Shown here piece by piece: positions 1 to 12,633 of a stretch of 64,000 nt of DNA; within the stretch, counting starts at the first letter, position 1, and each line of letters starts with the position of its first letter. The stretch is from Podarcis gaigeae (lineage: Eukaryota), in assembly GCA_964106915.2 (NCBI GenBank), contig OZ066916.1. One strand, given 5' to 3'. Below the pieces are notes generated by a model. It did not search any database. It was given only the letters and a program-made list of their open reading frames with translations, and was not told where the DNA came from. Position numbers and translations under genes: made by a program.

Positions 1-1235
1 ACAGGTCTCCCTCAAGGTGTATCATTGTATCCAGGATTGGCCTAAGACATTTTGGTATCTGAGGTGAGCAATAAAATGGTACCTCCCTCCCCAACCAGGA
101 AAGAAAGGGGGAGTACAGGTCTACATCAGGAACAAGGGATGATGGGATAAAAATCTACACCAGGATCAGCTGCCCCTATGGATCCTGCCATCTGAAACGG
201 CCCCCTCACATTGCCTTATGGGTGGGCTGGCTCTGACTGTATCCACAAAGAGATAGCCATCTTAAAACTCTAACATTATATGGAGCAATCGGAATGGCAT
301 TGCTTCATTAAATGTGTCATTTCAGCTGGCAGTACTGTGATTAGTTTAAGAAGGTGAAGTTCTTTCCCCCTGCCCCAGCCACCAATTTGAAATACTTTTC
401 TCTCCCTAACAATATCAGTAATGCACTTGCACAATTTTGATTACCGTGTTATTTTCCATGGCACAATGAAAATTGTAATAATGGTTTCCATTTCCTCTAG
501 AAATTCTGCAAAGTCGATGCCTTAACACCATTAATAATGTTGGAAGATTCATGCTTATTAAAGCCAAACAAAACCACCTGGTTTTGATAGCTTCCTAATC
601 CGCCTTAAAATAAGAGCTACTGTAGACTTTCCCTTTTTCTTTTCCACAGCAAAGCTCTGCAATTATGGATTCACTCAGGCTTTGTTTTTCTTTCTTTCTT
701 TTTCTTTTTTCTTTTGCCAGCATGCTCTGTGCATCTTCTGTGTGCAAACTCCTACAGCTGTCAGCTTTAGGCTGACTGTGAAAAACATGCCTCTCTCAAT
801 GTTTCAGATACTTCCCCCCTCCCTCCCGTTTGATAGTTCATGTGACAAGTTATCCAGACGGTGCCAAATTACAGAGCTCAAATCGCAGATGGGTATGATT
901 TGTACCAGATAGGCCAGGATAATCTGCTCTAGACAGAGGACTTCTATAAGTGGAAACACAGTTGTGAAACACCTGCCCAAACTGCTCAGCTTCAGTTTGC
1001 TTGGAATTTTTTATTTTTATTTTTTAGTCACTGTGTTGTCAATTGGAACCTCCAATTGCTGAATGCAGGCTTCATGCAGTTGCTGGCACATAACAGGCTT
1101 ATCAAACCGGATTCTGTACAGCTCTCTGGCAGGGATCTTATACAGCTCTCTGCAGCATGGTCAAGAATGGATAGACCTCATGGGGCAGAGATGCAGAGAC
1201 AGCTTCCTGGCACTGCCATTTCCTGGATGTACAAA

Positions 1236-1502
1236 ATAGAACAACATAAGAATATAAAGAGAGCCAGTGGCTGATCTAGTCCAGTTCTCACAGTGGCCAA
1301 CCAGATGTCTATGGGAAGCCCACAAGCATGACATGAGCACAACAGCTCTCTCTCCTCCTGTGGTTTTCAACAACTGGTATTCAGAAGAATGCTGCCTCCC
1401 ACAATGAAGGGAGAACATAGCCATCAGGGTTAGTAGCCACTGGTAGCCTTATCCTCCAAGAATGTCTCTAATCCACTTTTAAAGCCATCCAACATGGTGG
1501 AC
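1236..1502 (-). mobile_element. Old CR1/L3-type LINE 3' end fragment
   Basis: Starts with the reversed tail (agaacaacataagaa) and includes gtagccactggtagccttatcctcc...aatccacttttaaagccatccaa. Homologous pieces occur at about 31135-31245, 55065-55236 and 61291-61470. Confidence 0.6.
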
Positions 1503-1535
1503 AGTCAGGGTGCCATTTTGTCCCTTCACTTCAGG

Positions 1536-1785
1536 CAGCAACATTTGTGGTGTAGTGGTTAAGAGCGGTAGACTCGTAATCTGGGGAACCAGGTTCGCGC
1601 CTCCGCTCCTCCACATGCAGCTGCTGGGTGACCTTGGGCTAGTCACACTTCTTTGAAGTCTCTCAGCCCCACTCACCTCACAGAGTGTTTGTTGTGGGGG
1701 AGGAAGGGAAAGGAGAATGTTAGCTGCTTTGAGACTCCTTCGGATAGTGATAAAGCGGGATATCAAATCCAAACTCTTCTTCTTC
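1536..1785 (+). mobile_element. tRNA-derived SINE (Squam3-like, CORE-like body, (CTT)n tail)
   Basis: A-box-like tggtgtagtggtt, B-box-like ggttcgcgcc, CORE-like gtgaccttgggctagtcac and a 3' ctcttcttcttc tail. Reverse copies at 6010-6292 and 42040-42282. Confidence 0.8.
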
Positions 1786-2177
1786 CTGAGCCAGCTCTAG
1801 CTGAAGGTTTTACATGTATTGCATTCATGGTTTTTTTAATTACTTTTTTTTAAAGAAAAAGGTTATTATACATCATCTGGAACTTTTATAGAAGGAGGAT
1901 CTATGTAGAAATAAATTGTGTGTGTTGAATTTACTCCTGATGAGTTCTGCATAACACTGGTTCCTAATATCCTTGCCTGATCATGGATGTTTTCAGGGGA
2001 ACCACAGACAGTGGTCCCCCATGTCTTGGACACAGGACTGTTTTCTACTAGGAGCTGTGCATACAGCATTGTGGGTCCAGCCCTGTGGAACTCCCAGCTG
2101 TGATCAGATGCAAGTCTGGAGAGCCAAAGGAGCTCAAAACGACCTCTTCCAGCAGTTTCATGTAGATCCCCACACCT

Positions 2178-2335
2178 GATCTACATGAAACTGATGGAGG
2201 AGGTCATTTCACGATTTGCATTGTGGAATCACCAGTATGCTAATGTCTCCCAACTCTGTCTCTTATGCTCACCTAGTACAAGAGAGTCAGTAGAAAGGTT
2301 GGACCTTTGTTTGGCAGCTGTGAAAGACACAATGA
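2178..2335 (+). mobile_element. Decayed L2 LINE reverse-transcriptase fragment
   Basis: Translates as IYMKLMEEVISRFALWNHQYANVSQLCLL, a degenerate version of the L2 RT motif YMKPLGEVIRRFG..HQYADDTQLYL. Confidence 0.65.
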
Positions 2336-3024
2336 GGTGTGGAAGATGGCTTTAGGAATTTATTCTGCTTGGCGGATCTCATGAAGTCTTATAAGCCTAA
2401 TGTAGAACGATTATTAATTTAGAAGTCTAATTATGCTTGCCTGCATAAGGAAACTCCTAATAACTGCTGGTGAATGGATGTTGGCAATGGCAGAAGTAAT
2501 CAAGCATTCTCAGATTCCAGATGTAATTGTAAGCTGGGATGAAATTGCATTTGGCACCAATATAGTTTCAAAGTATCTTTAGCTTGTCTGAATTACTGTT
2601 CCAAAAGTGGGGCTAAGCACAGCTTGTCATGCCCTGCAATTGTGCTGAAAGCAGATAAAATAAAAATAGTCACCAGTTGCTGACATAGATTGTCAGCAAT
2701 GGTATCCCCACCCGCTGAACCGAGGAGCCTAGGACTGATGACCCTCACACCTTTCAAAAGAAATAATGATTGTTATAGAATAACCTCTTTCATCACATTT
2801 TCAAGTTATTCTGTTTGTGCTGGACTGGCAGAATAATTGGTGGTGCGTAGGAGGAAAAATAAAAAAAAATACTGGAGTTCTGAGGGTCTTCAAGGGGCTT
2901 AAAAGCCATGAAATTGATTGGTTCCATTTGTAGTGTGTTATCTGGGATCACTCAAAGAGAGGAGGTGTTCTGTTTTTATGACGGGAAGTCAAATTTGCCA
3001 AATTGTTCTAAATAATACAAACTT

Positions 3025-3025
<1 letters not shown>

Positions 3026-3073
<48 letters not shown>
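3026..3073. repeat. (TAT)n microsatellite
   Basis: Perfect run of about 16 units, read directly. Confidence 0.95.
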
Positions 3074-3074
<1 letters not shown>

Positions 3075-3491
3075 TGTTGTTGTTTAGTCGTTTAGTCGTG
3101 TCCGACTCTTCGTGACCCCATGGACCAGAGCACGCCAGGCACTTCTGTCTTCCACTGCCTCCCGCAGTTTGGTCAGACTCATGTTTGTAGCTTCGAAGAC
3201 ACTATCCAACCATCTCGTCCTCTGTCGTCCCCTTCTCCTTGTGCCCTCCACCTTTCCCAACATCAGGGTCTTTTCCAGGGAGTCTTCTCTTCTCATGAGG
3301 TGGCCAAAGTATTGGAGCCTCAGCTTCACGATCTGTCCTTCCAGTGAGCACTCAGGGCTGATTTCCTTCAGAATGGATAGGTTTGTTCTTCATGCAGTCC
3401 ATAGGACTCTCAAGAGTCTCCTCCAGCACCATAATTCAAAAGTATCAATTCTTCGGTGATCTGCCTTCTTTATGGTCCAGCTCTCACTTCC
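3075..3491 (-). mobile_element. RTE/Bov-B LINE 5'-truncated 3' fragment
   Basis: ORF 3084..3329(-) reads LQYFGHLMRREDSLEKTLMLGKVEGTRRRGRQRTRWLD...WRALVHGVTKSRTRLND, which is the Bov-B ORF C-terminus. Short (CAA)n tail. Confidence 0.92.
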
Positions 3492-3492
3492 A

Positions 3493-3538
<46 letters not shown>
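3493..3538. repeat. (ATT)n microsatellite
   Basis: Perfect run between the Bov-B 5' truncation point and the MITE. Confidence 0.95.
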
Positions 3539-3539
<1 letters not shown>

Positions 3540-3720
3540 AGTGGTACCTTGGTTACATACGCTTTAGGTTACAGACTCCGTTAACCTTGGGTTAAGAACT
3601 TTGCTTCAGGATGAGAACAGAAATCGTGCTCCGGTGGCGTGGCGGCAGCGGGAGGCCCCATTAGCTAAAGTGGTGCTTCAGGTTAAGAATGAATTAAGTA
3701 CTTAACCCGGGGTACCACTG
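3539..3720. mobile_element. Tc1/mariner (Tigger-like) MITE, internally deleted copy
   Basis: TIRs cagtggtacc...ggtaccactg with TA on both sides. Four more copies in the window. Confidence 0.85.
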
Positions 3721-6009
3721 TAGTCAGTTTCAGAGAAAAGGCAATAACACATAAGGATTATGTATGTGTATTATATTTTATGATGATTCTACAACATTCA
3801 GGCTCCAAAAGTAGCAAACACATTTTAATATAAATAGACCCTAGCACTGTCATGTCAGTTTTTGACTCTTCAGATACCAATCATTTGAGCAACCAATAGG
3901 AGGAATTTGCAAACAGTTCATAATTACAGTTTTGGATTGTTTATTTTTTACTTCTATATCCTCTCTCTCCTCTAAGAAATTCATGTCCCAATCCCTTCTT
4001 CATGTTATCCTCACAGCGGAGGAACTGTGATTGGCCCAAGGGTGCCCAGTAAACTTCATGGCTGAGTGGGGATTTGAACCCAAGTCTCCCAGAGGCTCAG
4101 ATTGCCTAAGTTATTTAGAAGGCCTGGGTGAACACAAAGATCTTCACCAGACATCTGTTGGCAGCTTGTTTGCCAGAAAAAAACTGAAAACAGTTTCAAT
4201 CATTTTATGAAAATGAATTTGTTTGTTTGTTTTTGACGAATATTCATGAGAAAATGATGTCCTATAACATTTACCAAGCCAAAAGATGCAAAATCAGAAC
4301 AGAAAGAATTATAATTATTATTATTAAAATAATTATTTCCCCAAGACCCAGCTCTGTAAAACATCACACAGAATTTTTACTGGAATTAGTTGCACTGAAG
4401 TCACCATCACTCACCAAATGTAAAATGCACACTGTAATTTATGCTTTGGTGGAGCCAAACATTAACTAGGGCTGTGTTGAGAATTCTCAACAATATTTCT
4501 TTAATTTGAATTGCATTAATGCCATGTGAGCTGGCTGTCTAGACTAAGGGGTGATTTTTTTTTTTAAGTAAAAATTAAAACCCACCAACAACAAAATTGT
4601 GCTGTGCCCACTATATCTCTGCAGAACATAAACTTGCTATAGCTGGGGCGGGGGGCGGGCACATCTTGAAATATTGCTTTTCAGGAAGAGAGACAGATTT
4701 TGTATTATATAAGTTGAGAACATTTCAGATAAATTTTGACAGTTTCAATTTAATGGGAAGATTCCTTCCACCAGGAACAAATGGAGTGAAGGCATTGGTA
4801 CAGTGATGGGCAAAAAGTGACTGAAAATAAGAGAGGCTGAAGGTATTGAAACAGTGAGTGCTCAAAGCAAGCTACAGTTGCTTTTCCTGGAAAAGTAGTG
4901 AAATGACAGGAAAAGCTTCACCTCCTAAGGCTTCCATTCTATGTAGAGTTTGGCCTATCTAACTTGATTCCACTGAATTCAACATTTTGGTCTCCTAATG
5001 ACAAAATATTGTGCTTTAGATTTCTTCCTTTCATACCATACAACCCTGGTTGACAGTACTAAATCCTATATATTTACGGCATGCAACATCCAAAGCTGTC
5101 ATCACAGTGATACGCTTGGAGAAGACAGGAAATACTGAGAGGGCATTGAAGAAGAAAACTTTCCAGAAGTTTGCTAACTTGCTAGGTGCTCAAACAGTCA
5201 CAACTCAGCCTTGTTTGATTGGCATCCCATCTAAGCTGGAGGATGAGAAACCACCTCTTTTCATTGAATATTGAACTTTATGTAAGCTTGGCATGTAGCA
5301 AGTTGGCAAATGGCTCTTTCTCTAGTCATCAGCAGTCAGAACGATTGCTGTCAAATTGCAGTATCGGCCCTACCATTGGACAAAGAGAGATGGCTGCCTC
5401 AAGCAGCCAATTGTGGGAGCCTTGAAAGAACGGCAATCTGTCTGTTAATTTTTATTGTATTTTAACTGCCACACGAAGGTGCTTGTGGGGTTTTTTTCTG
5501 CCTTGTGTGTCTTGATGTGGGGAGAGACACCATTTTTTTTTCTAGGCAGCCAAATGTTTTGGGCTGGCTTTCTCTGGCTCTACAAAACAAACCCTGTGTA
5601 GTTATCAGCCCTATCCAAGCAGTCAAATAACCTGTGAGGACTTCACTAGGAAGGGAGTGTGGACACTCGCATACCAGCCCTCATTCCCAGGTTCCCTATA
5701 CATGCATACTCCATCCCTGACCTTCCTCGGAGAATGCCCAGAGAGATATTGTGCTTGCATTCAGCTGAACAAGTCTACAAGTCTTGTGACCCCAAAACCA
5801 TGAAAAGGAGAGTTCCTGAATGTGAGAAAGCTTGTGTGTTCAGCTGAATGCTTTTGCAAGCTCTCTTTAGACTTTTCTGCTGACTGTAGAAAGGTGAATG
5901 CAGAGATGGTGGTTAGAATGGGACTCCTCCCTCCTGTTTAAGCCCTTGCATATTTTTTTTTGAATGCTTGAATTTTAGAATTTCATCTACCCATTCAGTT
6001 CTCATGACA

Positions 6010-6292
6010 GAAGAGGAAGAGGAAGAAGAAGAAGAAGAAGAGGAGGAGGAGGTGGAGTTTGGACTTGATACCCCGCCTTTCACTCCCCTTTAGGAGTCTC
6101 AAAGCGGCTAACAATCTCCTTTCCCTTCCTCCCCCACAACAAAGACTCTGTGAGGTGAGTGAGAGGCTGAGAGACTTCAGAGAAATGTGACTAGCCCAAG
6201 GTCACCCAGCAGCTACATTTGAGGAGCTGGGAATCAAACCCGCTTCACCAGATACCAAGTCCACTGCTCTTAACCACTACACCGCACTGGCT
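6010..6292 (-). mobile_element. Squam3-like SINE with (GAA/GGA)n tail
   Basis: Reverse-complement homolog of 1536-1785. Confidence 0.8.
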
Positions 6293-6364
6293 GTTCACCT
6301 GTTCAATACACTGCATGATTGTCTCGGTTTACCATAAGTTTTGAGCTCTACTATGTTTACAGTC

Positions 6365-6718
6365 GGGCACGGGTGGCGCTGTGGGTTAAACCACAGAGCC
6401 TAGGACTTGCTGATCAGAAGGTTGGCGGTTCGAATCCCCCTGATGGGGTGAGCTCCTGTTGCTCGGTCCCTGCTCCTGCCAACCTAGCAGTTTGAAATCA
6501 CGTCAAAGTGCAAGTAGATAAATAGGTACTGCTCTGGTGGGAAGGTAAACGGCGTTTCTGTGCGCTGCTCTGGTTTGCCAGAAGCGGCTTAGTCATGCTG
6601 GCCACATGACCCGGAAACTGTATGCCGGCTCCCTCGACCAATAAAGCAAGATGAGCGCAGTAACCCCAGAATCGGCCACGACTGGACCTAATGGTCAGGG
6701 GTCCCTTTACCTTTACCT
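6365..6718 (+). mobile_element. Sauria SINE, full length
   Basis: tRNA-like head (tggcgctgtgg A box, ggttcgaatcc B box) and (ACCTTT)n tail. 13-bp TSD tatgtttacagtc at 6352-6364 and 6719-6731. Confidence 0.92.
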
Positions 6719-7912
6719 TATGTTTACAGTCATGGCTCCCCCCCCCCCTGGCAAAAATAATAATCCTGGGAACAGTATTTTATTCGATCAGAGCGCTGCA
6801 GTTACTTTTAACAAACTAGTTGTTTGAAAGGTAGAAATTCAACAAGTGCAGCTTTCACAATTGTTGAACTTCCATGCTGCTAGAAGGGTCACCTACTGAA
6901 TTTCTGTCTATTGTGTCACTCCTAAAGATGCCATATTTGCAAACTATTCAGCTTGCAAAAATGTCCTATTTAGTCTGCATCCTTTCCCCCCCCAACATTC
7001 CAAGTGGTGCGACAGGCAGCAATAACATCTGAGCGCCATTTTCTAGTTTACAATGTCCGCAAGGGAGAAAGCTGCTAAACCACTATGCCTAGGAAACACT
7101 GACACAGACAATGCTAGAGGATGAAAGGATGGTAACTCTATCAGGTTAGTATATAGAGGTCGAAAGATTTTTGCCTAGGAACTGAAAGCTTGGCCCAACA
7201 GTAAAGCAAAACCTATTAGAAATAAGATGATCATGTCCAACATACCCAGCCTCAATTTATTGCAGAGGGTGAGGTTTGTTTTTCCCCTCCCCCCAAAAAA
7301 AATCACACCATCCCTTTCAAAGCCCATCAAGTGCATCTGGCATACATTTGCAGACATTTTAGTAATTCTCCTTTAAGGATTATTCAAGCAGAGGAAGAAT
7401 GTTCCCTCAGGAGATAGCTGTAAAAGCCTTGTGAGGTTCTGTTTTCCTTTTGAACTGTTGACAAGAGCTGTACACCAGCACCAAGTGGAGTTATCCCCCA
7501 TGTTTAATTTCCTGCCATCCTAGGGGGTACAATATTAGTTCATCTTCCTGTTGCTTGCTTTACATTCCCTCTAGGACAACAAATTTGGAAGGAAGGCAGA
7601 AAAGGGACTATAGGGATAAAAGATTTTCCTCAGAAGGCAGTGGTGACTCCTCTGCAGTACCAATAAGTGAAGAAGAAGCATCAAGGAGTTTGGGTTTTAG
7701 TGCTATGGGGAGTCCCCTTATAGTCTCTGTGTTGCAAATCAGGTCACCCACTGGTCAGAGAAAGGTTAACCTTTAGTAGCAACCTGGTCATTCAGAAGCC
7801 ATGAGAAAGTGAAGCTAATTTCATTACATGGAGATAAGTAACATCATGTCTGCTGACAAGCTGTTGTTGGGAGCACAGAAGTAAACTTGGGCTGCTGAGA
7901 AGAAACGCCTTT

Positions 7913-8336
7913 TAGAATAATAGAATCGCAGAATTGTAGAGTTGGAAGAGATCCCAAGGGTCATCTGCAACGCAGGAATCTCAGCTGAAGCGTCCATGAC
8001 AGATGGCCATCCAACCTCTGCTTAAAAACCTCCAAGGAAGAAGAGTCCACAACCTCTTGAGGGAGACCGCTCCACTGTGGAACAGCTCTTACTGTCAGAA
8101 AGTTTTTTTCTGATGTTTGGTCGGAATCTCCTTTTTTGTAACTTGAAGCCATTGGTTCGAGACCTGCCCACCAGAGCAGGAGGAAACAAACTTGCTCCCT
8201 CTTCCATAGGACAGCCCTTGAGATATCATAAGATGGCTATCATATCTCCTCTCAGTCTCCCCTTTTCCAGGCTAAACATATCTAGTTCCTTCAACTGTTC
8301 CCCATAAGGCTTGGTTTCCGTACCCTTGATCATCTT
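7913..8336 (-). mobile_element. CR1 LINE 3' fragment
   Basis: Minus-strand frames give RTNGFKLQKRRFR.NIRK and NFLTVRAV.QW..LP.EVV.S.SLEVFKQRLD.HL, the CR1 ORF2 C-terminus. Reversed (ATTCT)-type tail. Confidence 0.88.
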
Positions 8337-8338
8337 AT

Positions 8339-8822
8339 AGCGGCAGCTAGACTGGTAACTGGGAGCGGCCGCCGAGACCACATAACACCGGTCTTAAAAG
8401 ACCTACATTGGCTCCCAGTACGTTTCCGAGCACAATTCAAAGTATTGGTGCTGACCTTTAAAGCCCTAAACGGCCTCGGTCCTGTATACTTGAAGGAGCG
8501 TCTCCACCCCCATCTTTCTGCCCGGACACTGAGGTCCAGCACCGAGGGCCTTCTGATGGTTCCCTCACTGCGAGAAGCCAAGTTACAGGGAACCAGGCAG
8601 AGGGCCTTCTTGGTAGTGGCACCCTCCCTGTGGAACGCCCTCCCACCAGATGTCAAAGAGAACAACAACTACCAGACTTTTAGAAGACATCTGAAGGCAG
8701 CCCTGTTCAGGGAAGCTTTTAATGTTTGATGTAATAGAGTATTTTAATATTATTATTATTTTTGGAAGCCACCCAGAGGGTTGGGGAAGCCCAGCCAGAT
8801 GGGCGGGGTACAAATAATAAAT
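8339..8822 (+). mobile_element. L2 LINE 3' fragment (well preserved)
   Basis: Reads [47 protein letters not shown]...AF.VVAPSLWNALP...FRRHLKA.LF, followed by the 3' UTR and a (TAA)n tail. Confidence 0.9.
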
Positions 8823-8824
8823 TA

Positions 8825-9270
8825 TCTGTCCATTTCAGTTTCTCTAAATTTCTCATTTTCCAATCTGAAATTGAGTTCTCCACATTTCCACATCAGTCTG
8901 CATTATTATTTTTTTACAAAAAATTGTGCTCATGAAAATCCACCAGCATTTTAGTGAGAAATGTTCCCAATGTGCACATTTTTGCATGCAATGTTGCCCA
9001 ATTCACACATTTTTTTGCAAAGCAATCTCCCCTGATATAATGCATTTCCGTATGCTGTTTTCACTAATATATGCATTCAAATGCACACTTTACCTCAGTA
9101 AATGCTTCCCCCCCCTTTTTTACACATTACATGGCTGGAGAAGGACGCTGGAGGATTTGGAAAAGTGCCAATGTCAAGGGATAGCTGTGTTTTGATTTGC
9201 GCGTTGTTCAGAAACTATGAATCAAGTATGATTGCTTTTAAATGTGAACTGAAGTTCTCCCTTCTCCCTA
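8825..9270. repeat. Unclassified ~400-450 bp interspersed repeat (probably a non-autonomous DNA element)
   Basis: Shares blocks (tcagttctccacattt, atgaaaatt/ccaccagcatttt, tcccctaatataatgcattt, gaactgcatcacaaaattc) with 11592-11972, 37790-38500, 39790-40019, 55272-55529 and 57301-57707. Confidence 0.6.
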
Positions 9271-11207
9271 CTCAGGAGTCAGGCTAGTTAAAAAGTGACA
9301 ATACTAAATGCATATCAGCTTTTGTGCCCTAGAATATTTTGAAGGCTAGGGCAAGGAAGAAAGTTAGGAGGAGCAAAAGATGTAATTTGAAGTAAGAAAT
9401 GAAAGGGAATCAGGGACTCAATGGAAGGGGGAACTGCTGGTGGAGATTGGGGGTCAGGAGTTGGCTAGTAATATTAATGCAAGCGAAATAAAACATAAAT
9501 TTTAAAGGATGGTTTGAATCTCTTTTCAAAAAGTCATGGGGTGGGGGAGAGAATGTTGCTCGAAAGACTAAATCCTTTGGGTGTTATCAACATGTTTTTC
9601 TTTTCTTTCTTTTTTTAACTGGGATTTTGCCCAGGCCATAAAATTCCACATCCTTTAAAGGATGTGATCCTATAATTGCACTTTCAGCCATGGAGCCCCA
9701 CCGAAATGACTCGTAACATTTGTTTAGGAACTCAGCCAGTTTGTGTGGGGTACTGGGATATTGGCTTCTTAGCTCTCTCGACCACCTGTTCTTTGGAAAC
9801 CTTTCTAAGGCTGCGTTTGTTGGGAGATGATATTTTGGTGCCATTCCTCATGTGGGAGAGCTAAGAAAATAAAAATCTCGAGGAAGGTTAGATATTTCCC
9901 TTTGCCAAACACAGTGTTGAACTCCTTGGCTCCCCCCTCCCACCCGATCAGCTCCCTGCAGGGCCCCTCTGCCTTTAAACAGTGGCACAACACCAAGATA
10001 TCCAAGTGATAAATATTTCCCCACCATTGCATTGCCTTGACCTCCCGAGGCATCCCATTTGTCTCTCCAGACCTGTTTCTTAAGGGAGGTGTTACACAAA
10101 CAGGTTCCGTATGAAGCAACAGCAGCTGCCTTATAGAAGGTCAAACAGCTTGTCCACATAGCTTAATACTTTCCGTTCTTCCCTGTGGCTTTCAGGCAGA
10201 GAGGGCTTTTTCTTACCACCTACAACCTCAGGAATGGGGAATCTCTGGTCCTCCAGGGGCTGTGGGACTCCCATCATCCCTGATCATTGGCCGTGCTGGA
10301 GTTGTAGTTCAGCAATATCTGTAGGTTCCCCACCCCTACGCTGCCCGATACTTGGGACCTTCTGCATGCAAAATGTGTGCTCTGCCACTGAGTGATGGGC
10401 TCTCCCATCAATAACACAGGGTGGAATTTCACAATGCATCCACTCAACCCAATAATTCCCACCTGGGAATTCGTTTGGCTATTTTGAGATGCCCCAAATT
10501 TGCCAAAACATATTGTCCCAAAGGCAGTGGGATCCGACCACTATGCCTTTGCCTCCACATCTGGGGAAAGGTGGGGTTGGTAGGTAGGGCTGGGAGTAAC
10601 ATCTGCTAGGCTTCATCTTTCAAACTTTTCATAATAACAATAACATCCACACTAGACACACCATGCCTCCAGCCCACATGCTTGAGGAAGCTCATACTTG
10701 TCAACTTTAATGCCTTCCCCCTACCATGTTATTTTGAGCAAGGAGTGGGTGAGACCAACATCAGGGAGTTTTGGTGCCATGGCACAAACACTGGGAAAAT
10801 TTAGTCTAATCTCATACTGCCATGTTGTTTTCTGATCTGAAGGAATTAATTTCCTAACAATCTGCCCCCTTCCCCCAAATTCTTCATTTGGGCGTCATCA
10901 CCAGGAACCAGGATGTGTTAAAGATATAGGCTTAAAATGCATAAAGTGATATGTTTGAATGCATTATTTTGAGAAATGCTTTGCAGATTGGTTTGCATTA
11001 GTTAGGAAGCTTGCCTCTACGTAAATATGGCAAAGAAAAGGGCGGATGTTTCCATTTCAGGTTAAATGATGACGCATCCCAGAAGCCCAAGCAGAGATCT
11101 CTCACAGCAGGAGATGAAACCTGAGAACTCAACCTCTTAGTCAGTTGGTGAAGACAGCAGGAGCAGGAGTGGCAAAGTTCTACTGTGATGAACAAGCAAG
11201 TTCCTTA

Positions 11208-11211
<4 letters not shown>

Positions 11212-11255
<44 letters not shown>
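11212..11255. repeat. (CT)n microsatellite
   Basis: Direct reading. Confidence 0.95.
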
Positions 11256-11257
<2 letters not shown>

Positions 11258-11591
11258 AACCAGAAAGAAGAAAGTCATTGGTCTGAATTAAGGACAGGAG
11301 AAATGAGATTCTCTGCATCTGAGGACATGACTTTTACATAGTTCAAAGTATAATGCAACATGATTAAATCACTGAAAAGTTTTATTTTACATTCTCAGAA
11401 GTGTACTAATATCTCATGTTAGGAATGGGATGAAAAAAACTATTGGGTGTTATTTGAATCAGCTTAGAATCTAAACTAGAATCTATTTCTGTGATCCTAT
11501 TTGTCATGCTGATATCTTCCTGAAGATGTTGAAATGTAAGTAATTTATTTAAATATATAACATTACATTCCAAGTATATTTACTCTGAAGT

Positions 11592-11972
11592 GGGAATGGA
11601 TGAGCCTGTCATTTTTGGTTTCTTCAGCTTCCCATCTTCCCAGTTTTAAATTCAGTTCTCCACATTTTCACACCAATTTGCCATTAAAAAAAATCATCAT
11701 GAAAATTCATCAGCATTTCAGTATGAATGTACACATTTTTGCAAGCAATATATGGGGATATATAGAGCATTTTTGCATACTTTCACTAACAAATGCATTT
11801 CCATGTAAACTTTCCTCTAATATATACATTTCTGCATACATTGGGTTGTGGGAGAACTGCACTGAAAAATTCAGAGAAGTGCAAATTTTGAAAGGCAGCT
11901 GTGTTTCAGTTCATCCTGTGGATGAGGTAGTTTCTCATTAAAAGGCAAATTGAATTAAATTTCTTTATTTCT
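11592..11972. repeat. Copy of the unclassified ~400 bp interspersed repeat
   Basis: Collinear similarity to 8825-9270. Confidence 0.6.
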
Positions 11973-12283
11973 CACAATTCTCACAAAATTCTGACAAACT
12001 TCAGAGAAACTAACTCTCCAGTAACCATGCTCAGGACTGTAGCCTTAACTAGCAATTCTGAAAGGTTTGGTTTTACTGTATTTTTGTTTCATAGACTTCA
12101 ATTATATAATCATTTTTGTCTTTGTGATAATATTATCCATTAGTTCTAGATGTGTGAGACTTGGTTTTCTTGTGGCTATGGTGATGTCTTTGCAATGTCA
12201 AATTCACAGTTACTGAAAGTATTGTCGTGCTGTCCTAGTAAGGCCAGCTGCATAAGTGGTAAGTTGAAAGACTCTGTCTCCCC

Positions 12284-12633
12284 GGTAAAGGTAAAGGACA
12301 GTTAAATCCAGTCATGAACGACTCTGTGGTTGCAGCACTCATCTCACTTTACTGGCTGAGGGAGCCAACATTTGTCCACAGACAGTTTTTCCGGGTCATG
12401 TGGCCAGCATGACTAAGCCGCTTCTGGCAAAACCAGAGCAGTGCATGGAAATGCTGTTTACCTTCCCGCTGGAGCGGTACCTATTAATCTACTTGCACTT
12501 TGACCTGCTTTCGAACTGCTAGGTGGGCAGGAGCAGGGACCAAACAACAAGCGCTCACCTCGTTGCGGGGATTTGAACCGTCGACCTTCCGATCAGCAAG
12601 CCCTAGGTCCAGTGGTTTAGACCGCAACACCAC
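12284..12633 (-). mobile_element. Sauria SINE
   Basis: Begins with the reversed (ggtaaa)n tail; body is homologous to 6365-6718. Confidence 0.9.

Noticed and set aside
6365-6440. tRNA-like A/B boxes at SINE heads
   Set aside because: They continue into SINE bodies with tails and TSDs, so they are not tRNA genes.
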